The notes under the pieces were generated by a model. That model was not told where the DNA came from, made no database searches, and worked only from the letters and a program-made list of their open reading frames with translations. From Mobula hypostoma (Eukaryota), in the NCBI RefSeq assembly GCF_963921235.1, contig NC_086115.1, positions 39,308,001 through 39,372,000 of the forward strand: a stretch of DNA of 64,000 nt, written 5' to 3'. The translations under genes and the position numbers were made by a program. Below, in pieces: positions 56,556 to 64,000 of this stretch; within the stretch, counting starts at the first letter, position 1; the number at the start of each line of letters is the position of its first letter.

Positions 56556-59500
56556 TTGAATTAAAGTAATTGACATGTAACAGTTTTAACATTGTCACTA
56601 GAAAACCAACAATTATTTAGGAATCCTTGCTTCTACAGTATATTCATTATGCAGCTCTAAGCAAGCGCTGCTGTAAAATCACCTTGCTGAGATAACTGTT
56701 TTACAAGGCTTGTTAATAATTTTTGTCTCCACTTTTCCCACTGATATCTTGCTGCTTAAAAACTAGTAAATTATACAACAGCTTCAAGTACATTGATTTT
56801 GAGATTTACTTTGTATTGGAATAAAGCTACAGGTTTTCATCATCTGTGATTATTGATTTCACAGCATTAGTCTGGGAGACCACAGAACAGCTCTCTGATA
56901 TTGAAGTAATAACGTTATGTTGGAAAGGTTCTGTCTAATTAAAGTTATCTAAATCTTTATCTGTAAGGTAGATTGATAGATTTTCGAAGCCTTTATATAT
57001 ACTTTACTCTGTTCTATGTCTATGAAATGTTAGTTTCTTGGCAGCAGGGGGACATGGGATTAATGCAAGCACAGACATTTCAATTGGTGTGAAGGACATA
57101 CACCTTCGAGTTTGCTCTCAGATGCTCATTAACCCCTTGCTCAGTACCTCGCACAACAGAGCCAAGCCCTACTGAAAATGAAGGACATGAAGAATGCTGG
57201 GAAAAAACACACTCATCAGTTATGTGGTTGCATGTGACAGCAGCTCTTTTGCTGAATAGTATCTGGTTCTTCCATAGAATGCCCAGCTTCTAGCCTCTCC
57301 AACATTCTACCCTCTATTCTGCATAGCAGGTATAAAGGGCCCAAGCCTACACATGTTGGCAACGCTAATCCAGTGCTAGCAGAGGAGATCCAGCTAGCAG
57401 TACACCAGAATTTAACCTAACTGAATGGGTGGAAGGAAAATAAGCAGCATTTCATTCTAGCTCTTAAATGCCTCATTATCCTCCTGCTTCAAGAACAGAC
57501 TACAGAGGAAATAATACTACTTATCCTAATAGGTGAAATTTCAAATTACTTACCTGATTTGGTGAGAGACAATGAAATATTTGGCGGCACTGTTTCCAAA
57601 ATTACATGGCTGTAATGCGTTAAATGTCAGAATGTCTCAAGCACAAGTGGAAATTATGGAGTATTAAACCTGCATACTACACCATTGGGGCTACTAAATA
57701 ATAAGGAGCACTTAAAGCATTCAATATTACATCATTGTGTTATACTAACACAATGATGTGTCAATGAACAGTAGAGGGAAGTGTCCCAGTGTGTGGATGG
57801 TGGACAGATAGCTTGTGTGGAGGACAGGAAAGAAAGGGAAAGGAACAGGGTGATGGGAGGCTGGGGTGGGTTTAGGAGGTTAGAGAGAGAGGGGATCAGG
57901 AGTATCCTTCCCTACTGGCCCAGTGTTCATTTACCCTCCCTCTATTAATCATCTTGGTGAGGGCAAAAAGGAGCAGATGGGCTAGCCCATACCACAGCTT
58001 CTGACTCCTGTATTGTTTCCAACTGAGGCAGGGAAATAAATACAAATAACAACGCCCTGTCTTTAGGGAGAGATAACACAGGAACTTGCCACAGGAAGTT
58101 TCACAGGAATTTGTCCCAGAATTCACTGCTGCCACAAAAGAACAAAAATATTGATCATTTCTATGTTCTATGTTCTATATCATACAGAGATAATAAATGT
58201 AATTCAGTGATCTGCAAGGGCCTGAATATGCTGATCAAATTGACAATAACATTTCAATATTGTGTAGTTTTCACATTATTTTATACCAACTATAGCTGAT
58301 TTGAAAGTGTCATCCTGTGGCCTTCTGCCATTCTGAAATATGCATATTCATCAAATGTGAAGAGTAGCTGGTAACTTTCTTTTTAAAGCTTGCTCAAAAT
58401 GAGTAAGCTGACATCTTCATGCAAGTGGTTGCCTGCCTTCATGCCAAAAATATAGACAACTGCTATCAGATCTAATCTAGCTCACTGCACATACCATCTG
58501 GTGCCACAAATCCCAATACCATATTTTGAACATAATGAAGAACTGAAGAACACAATAGACAATAAAGCATTGTGTTTAGAGTCCTTAATTCAAACAAGCC
58601 AAAATTGCTGAAAATGTTTCTGGCTGAATAATAAGTGGAAAGAATCCTAGCTTAAGCACCAATATACATCAACAGCTGGCAAAGATGTGAAAATTCATTT
58701 AGTGGGCAATTGCCAAATTATAAATTCACATTTTCTTTGTGATGCGAGTCATAACTGCTGTTCCATGATAGTTCATTTTATTTTTTGTAATTACCTGCTA
58801 TTTTATATTTACTTATAACTTTGAATAAGATTTCTGATGGCCTAATTGAGAGTTATTGAGGATGTGTTCAGTTCCTGTTTCTGAATTCTGTTTCTAAATT
58901 TCTCTTCCTTTATGAATTTTACCTAGCATCAAAATGGATTCTGACATATTAATAGAGAAGAAGGTTTTCTGTGGCATTTCTGTGTGTGAAAGCGCTTATT
59001 TGTATTTAGGTGAAATTAGGTTGTTGGATCTCCAGTAGTCTTCAATCTACATTTGTTTACACTTGCAATTTTGACAACGATAATGGAAGAAGTAATTAAT
59101 CACTGCAGTGTCCCTCTTTAGATTATGAAATGACAACTGTAGTATGTGGATTGATATTGGATATGAAGCATGGCAGGTACCAATCTTTTAATTGGACCAG
59201 CAATTGAAATGCAGATTTGACATATTTTAAATGGATTCGGCAGAATATTGTGAAGCACCATGAATGACAACTCTTGCTCCCCCAAAACCCACTCACAAAG
59301 ACGAGTTGAAGTGATCATTAGAAATCAACACAATTTTGATTCTTTCCAGAGTTGCTACCAGTTTTCAAAGTCTGTAGGTATGTGCTGAAGTGACCGCTAA
59401 CTGCAAGATTCTGTAGAGTTTAGTTGCTTCTAGTTGCTGCCTCATATAACTGTAGCAATGAACCCTCCTCTTGAAGTTGAGTGTGGCTGTGTGAATGAAT

Positions 59501-59734
59501 AGAAGCCAATCAGAGCGGGATATATCACTGGAAGAAGCAGGAAAAAGAAAGAAATTTCCACTGCAGAATGCGTGCATTCAGGATCCATTCTCCTTTTTGA
59601 ACTTCATCAATGATTGAGGTTTGTTATGGAGGTTGTACTGAAGCCTCACCTCCACTGCAACTCAAACCTTCTGGCAGAACGTGGAGAGCAGCGTCAGTGC
59701 CAGGAAAGCTGACCATGCTTATGAACTTATATGC

Positions 59735-60449
59735 ATAAACACGAGGAATTCTGCAGATGCTGGAAATTCAAGCAACACACATCAAAGTTGCTGGCAAGAC
59801 CCGACACAGACCAGGAGATCGTTTTGCTGAACACCTACGCTCTGTCCGCCAGAGAAAGCAGGATCTCCCAGTGGCCACACATTTTAATTCCACATCCCAT
59901 TCCCATTCTGATATGTCTATCCACGGCCTCCTCTACTGTAAAGATGAAGCCACACTCAGGTTGGAGGAACAACACCTTATATTCCATCTGGGTAGCCTCC
60001 AACCTGATGGCATGAACATTGACTTCTCTAACTTCCGCTAATGCCCCACCTCCCCCTCGTACCCCATCCGTTATTTATTTATATACACACATTCTTTCTG
60101 TCTCTCTCCTTTTTCTCCCTCTGTCCCTCTGACTATACCCCTTGCCCATCCTCTGGGTTTTTTCCCCTCCTCCCCCTTTTCCTTCTCCCTGGGCCTCCTG
60201 TCCCATGATCCTCTCATATCCCTTTTGCCAATCACCTGTCCAGCTCTTAGCTCCATCCCTCCCCCTCCTGCCTTCTCCTATCATTTTGGATCTCCCCCTC
60301 TCCCTCCCATTTTCAAATCTCGTACTAGCTCTTCCTTCAGTTAGTCCTGACGAAGGGTCTCGGCCCGAAACATCGACTGCACCTCTTTCTAGAGATGCTG
60401 CCTGGCCTGCGGCATTCACCAGCAACTTTGATGTGTGTTGCTTGAAATT
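59735..60449 (+). mobile_element. Penelope-like element 3' end: inverted 5' repeat, GIY-YIG C-terminal half, 3' terminal repeat
   Basis: ORF 59757-60041 TRHRPGDRFAEHLRSVRQRKQDLPVATHFNSTSHSHSDMSIHGLLYCKDEATLRLEEQHLIFHLGSLQPDGMNIDFSNFR. Perfect 28-bp inverted repeat 59767-59794 / 60419-60446. Confidence 0.92.
60343..60378 (+). ncRNA. Minimal type I hammerhead-ribozyme motif in the Penelope-like terminal repeat (probably impaired)
   Basis: AGUC-CUGACGA-A-GGGU-CUCG-GCCC-GAAAC-AUC-GACU: stem I AGUC/GACU, core CUGANGA and GAAA, stem II GGGU/GCCC. The palindromic ACGU reads ACAU here. Confidence 0.6.
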
Positions 60450-60467
60450 ATATGCAACTAGCTTTTT

Positions 60468-60585
60468 CCAGGCTGACACCGGAAATGTCAGCAATGTGCA
60501 CTGTATGTTCATCGGTATATATTCCCAGGCTGACACCCGAAATGTCAGCAATGTGCACTGTATGTTCATCGGTATATATTCCCAG
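60468..60585. repeat. Tandem duplication of a 57-bp unit (2 copies, 1 difference), each with a 7-bp hairpin
   Basis: CCAG at 60468, 60525 and 60582. Unit contains GCTGACA-N7-TGTCAGC. Confidence 0.95.
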
Positions 60586-62904
60586 CCATTGCTTCATGCA
60601 GACTAATACCTGCTGTCCTATTACCACCCATGATGCCTTCATTCATGCTGTGATAACTGTGTCATTTGTATTGGCTTTAACATTGCAATGTAATGGCCTC
60701 AGGAGCTATCTGATGATAATGTGTTTGCTAGATCTGACGCATGACATACACAGGGATGAGGAGTTTGCATTGACAAAAGCCACAGTCCTACATATTATCT
60801 TCTAGATGAGAAAGGTATAATGCTGATATTCCATGCTTTGACTGTATTGAAGAAGCCTTGCAGTGATCAACTGGATGGGTCCCTGATCTTTGATGCGTGT
60901 TGTAAGCTGGCCTGCATGAGGAAGTGGATCTTGTCATCGAGGAGCTGAAGACCGTGAGCACAAGCAAGAGGAGGAACAGAAGAAGGAAGAGAAAGATGAG
61001 TAAGAGGCGAAGGTGGAAGGAAATGCTGTAAGTGTGAGATCTGCAGCAGTGCTAAATGAATTGGGCGGGGACCTGAAGCATCTTGGGTTAGAGTTTTGAC
61101 TGAAAGGGTTTGTTGGCAAGTGAACAGACATAGTAATTTGATCAGTGGCTGAACTCAGTGGTTGAGATGGCAAGATATGCCAATTGAATATTTATTCTAT
61201 GACTTTGACCTCTCCTTTGAGATAATTGAGTTCCTTGCTAGTTAATGCATTAGGTTTTTGGGGCTAACCTCCTGACATTGACTTCCACAACTGTCGGCTC
61301 ACACTATCTTATTGGCAAACAGATTTAATTTTGTCTCATGTATATCAAATTTTCCACAAGACTTCTGATGTACATCTACCAAGAACCGATTTCATGGTAT
61401 CTCCATTGATTGGCTGTGGTTGTTTGCTGCACTGAGTTCTATCGCCAATTGTAATAGAACCTCCAGAAATCACAGTTACCGATTCTTTAATCACTATAGC
61501 CAAACTTTAAGAAGTATGGTATGTAATGATATTGACCTATGCTCTGCTGATACCATACCTGATAAACAACTTGATGAAGGATTGACATCATTTAGCCAGG
61601 CACCACAATACTGATACACTCTCTGCATTGCATTGAATGGGCAAGGGACCATCAAAAATTGGGATTCTTGGAACTGTGTTCTTGAGTTGTTGGGTTTGGT
61701 CTCCAATGATTTTCTTTCCTGACAATGTTTGTTACAAAAATCTATAACTTTGAACTGTTTCAGTTGCGTGTTCTTTTATTTATATGTGATGCCAAAGTTA
61801 TTTGGTGTCTGTCGGATTCAGGCCAAGTGCTTTGTTTGGCAGGCCAACCAGCTATCTGTTTATACCTTGTCAAGGATTAATTGGAAATGCAAAACCTGAT
61901 GGAGGTGTTGATTGCTATTTAATTCAGTTAGTACCATCCTAGTTCATGCTGATATTGATTGACATTCAAGATGTTACCCCGATGGTATTGGTATCCTTTT
62001 ATAATTCATAGTGATGTCTTTTTTTAAAAATAGAAAGCTGAACTGCCAAGATTCATCCTCTTTCTTTTACAGGCTTACATGATTTGGAAGCTTAATAACA
62101 GATTGAATTGTATTAATTTCTCAGGTAAACTCTCAGGATGGACTAGTTAAATATCACTGAAAAGAGCCAATTAAGTTCCCAGAACTATCATTGCTTTGAA
62201 TTAAGTAATTTAAAATCCTTCCCACATCCCCAGTGATATGCTCGTAGGCTAATTTGCTTCAGTAAATTACCCCTAGTGCTGGTGCATGGTTGAAGGATCG
62301 GGGGCAGTTCACTGGTTATGAGAGAGAGAATGGGCTAGAGAGAAATAAATGAGGGAACGGAATTGAAATGATTGGTTGGAGAACCAGCACCAGCTTGATG
62401 GGCTGAATGGCTTTCTTCTATGTCATAATAAAGATAGGCACATGAAACATACTTGTTGAACTTAATTTGCTGAAGCACTTTTGTTTTTATGATTGTACAT
62501 CTTCATAATCATAAATTGATAATTTTTTGTGTGATAATGCCAAACAGCAAGATGCTTCCTGACAATTAAGAGATTTAGTAAGATGAACAACTGTACTTAC
62601 ATAGTTCATTTCATAACCTTATAAAGCTCGAGAGCTTTATAATCTAAAATACAAAGCACTTGAGATGATGACAATGCCTATATTTTCATCTTCTCATCTT
62701 TTCAAACTCTCAAATAATGTTAGGAACTATCTTGTCTGTTGGCTGAAGCCACAGCAAGGGTGTCTCCTGTTCCAATGCTGTAATGAAGCTACAGACAAGG
62801 GCTTCTTTGGATTATCTTTCCAAGTAATCACATGTAGGGCAATATAGAAGAATATAACTTGGCTAATTACTATCCCTTAAAGAGAGATCTGTTCAATGTT
62901 CAAT

Positions 62905-63430
62905 GTTCTACGTTCCTCCTTAGAACACCTGGAGAACAAAGATACATACTTAAGGCTCCTTTTCATTGACTACAGCTCTGTCTTTAATACCATCATTCCA
63001 AATAAACTGATCCCTAAGCTCCGGAACCTGGGCCTTAGCACTCAGATCTGCAGCTGGATCTTCGACTTGCTCACAGACAGGACCTAGGCTGTAAAAGTAG
63101 AGGACAAGCTCTCCTGTACCATCACTCTGAGCACCAGTGCCCCACAAGGCTGTGTACTCAGCCCCCTGCTGTACTCACTGTACACCCATGATTGTGTAGC
63201 CAAGTTTCCATCAAACTCAATATACAAGTTTGCTGATGACACAACAATTGTAGGCCGTATCTCGGGTAATAAAGAGTTTGAGTACAGAGAGGAAATTAAC
63301 ACCCCTCAACGTCAGCAAGACAAAGGAATTGGTTGTTGACTTCAGAAGGAGTAGCGGACCGCACAACCCAATTTACATCGGTGGTGCGCAAGTGGAACAG
63401 GTCAAAAGCATTAAGTTCCTCGGGGTCAAT
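62905..63430 (+). mobile_element. Rex/Babar-like LINE RT core fragment
   Basis: [27 protein letters not shown] ... APQGCVLSPLLYSLYTHDC ... KFADDTTIVGRIS. Confidence 0.9.
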
Positions 63431-63539
63431 TTTTGTCAGTGTTCACAAATACCCTAATCCAAATATTCGTTAACTCTGGCTCTAATATTCCCAGAAGTCC
63501 AGCTCAGTCCCCCAAATCTCACAACAACGTTCCAGGCAT

Positions 63540-64000
63540 GAGGTGTTGCACTTTGGAATCAAATAAAAAGAGAAAATATATAGTTAATGTTTGGCCTTGA
63601 ATAGTATTGAGGTACAGAGAGATCTTGGGAGACAGGACCACACTTCCCTGAAAGTGGCTGAATAAGATTTAGGGTGGTAAGGAAGGCGTGTGGAATACTT
63701 GCCTTCATTGGTAGGGGTGTTGTGTCATGCTATTATATAAAAATTAAGTCAGACTGCTCCTGGAGAAAAGCTCCTGCATGCTTTTCTCTTCTCTCCATCA
63801 TAGGAAAAGGTGCAGAAAAGGTTTACCAGGATGCTGACTGGTTTAGAAGAGATGAGCTACAAGGAAAGACTGGACAAACTTGGGTTGTTCTCTGTATAGT
63901 GTTTGAGGCTGATGGGAGGCATGAAAGAGACTTTTAAAATTATGAGGGGCATAGATAGGGTAGACAGTCAGAATCTTTCCCACAAAGTAGAAATGCCAAA
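63540..64000 (+). mobile_element. Decayed CR1-type LINE C-terminal fragment (continues past the window)
   Basis: EVLHFG, RDLG, VVRKACGILAFIGRGV, QKRFTRML-like remnants. Confidence 0.8.

Noticed and set aside
60468-60585. CRISPR-like hairpin repeats
   Set aside because: The sequence between hairpins is identical rather than unique spacers, there are only two units, and the genome is eukaryotic with no cas genes.
60800-61900. Possible decayed retroelement coding region on the minus strand
   Set aside because: Too degenerate for me to assign any motif with confidence.
62073-62124. 52-nt segment with good acceptor and donor (ttttacag| ... cag|gtaaac)
   Set aside because: Frame-shifting and no TdT similarity; at best a pseudo-exon or poison exon.

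Overview
Vertebrate genomic DNA. The repeat set (CR1 LINEs with SGNH-esterase ORF1, V-SINEs, Penelope-like terminal repeats, Rex/Babar LINEs) and the TdT sequence point to a cartilaginous fish, probably a ray; this is inference. The only host gene I can support is the 5' part of DNTT (terminal deoxynucleotidyl transferase, the N-nucleotide-adding polymerase of V(D)J recombination) on the + strand. Coding exon 1 is 23531-23742 (NLS plus start of BRCT) and exon 2 is 41307-41481 (rest of BRCT). I could not find exon 3, so intron 2 appears to run past the window end (>22.5 kb). Most of the rest is decayed and nested transposons: CR1, Rex/Babar, Tx1-like and RTE LINEs, SINEs, Penelope-like elements, Tc1 and hAT DNA transposons, three Gypsy elements and two solo LTRs. 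Almost all ORFs in the supplied track are TE fragments or noise. There are no CRISPR, rRNA or true tRNA genes. Best leads: (1) a strongly spliced-looking, in-frame 225-nt candidate cassette exon in DNTT intron 2 (47181-47405); (2) a complete TSD-bounded Gypsy element ending 366 bp upstream of the DNTT ATG; (3) a minimal hammerhead-ribozyme motif in a Penelope-like repeat, sense to the DNTT pre-mRNA; (4) lymphoid transcription-factor motif clusters upstream. I found no well-supported new biological system. TE boundaries without a stated TSD are approximate, and all percent identities are by eye.
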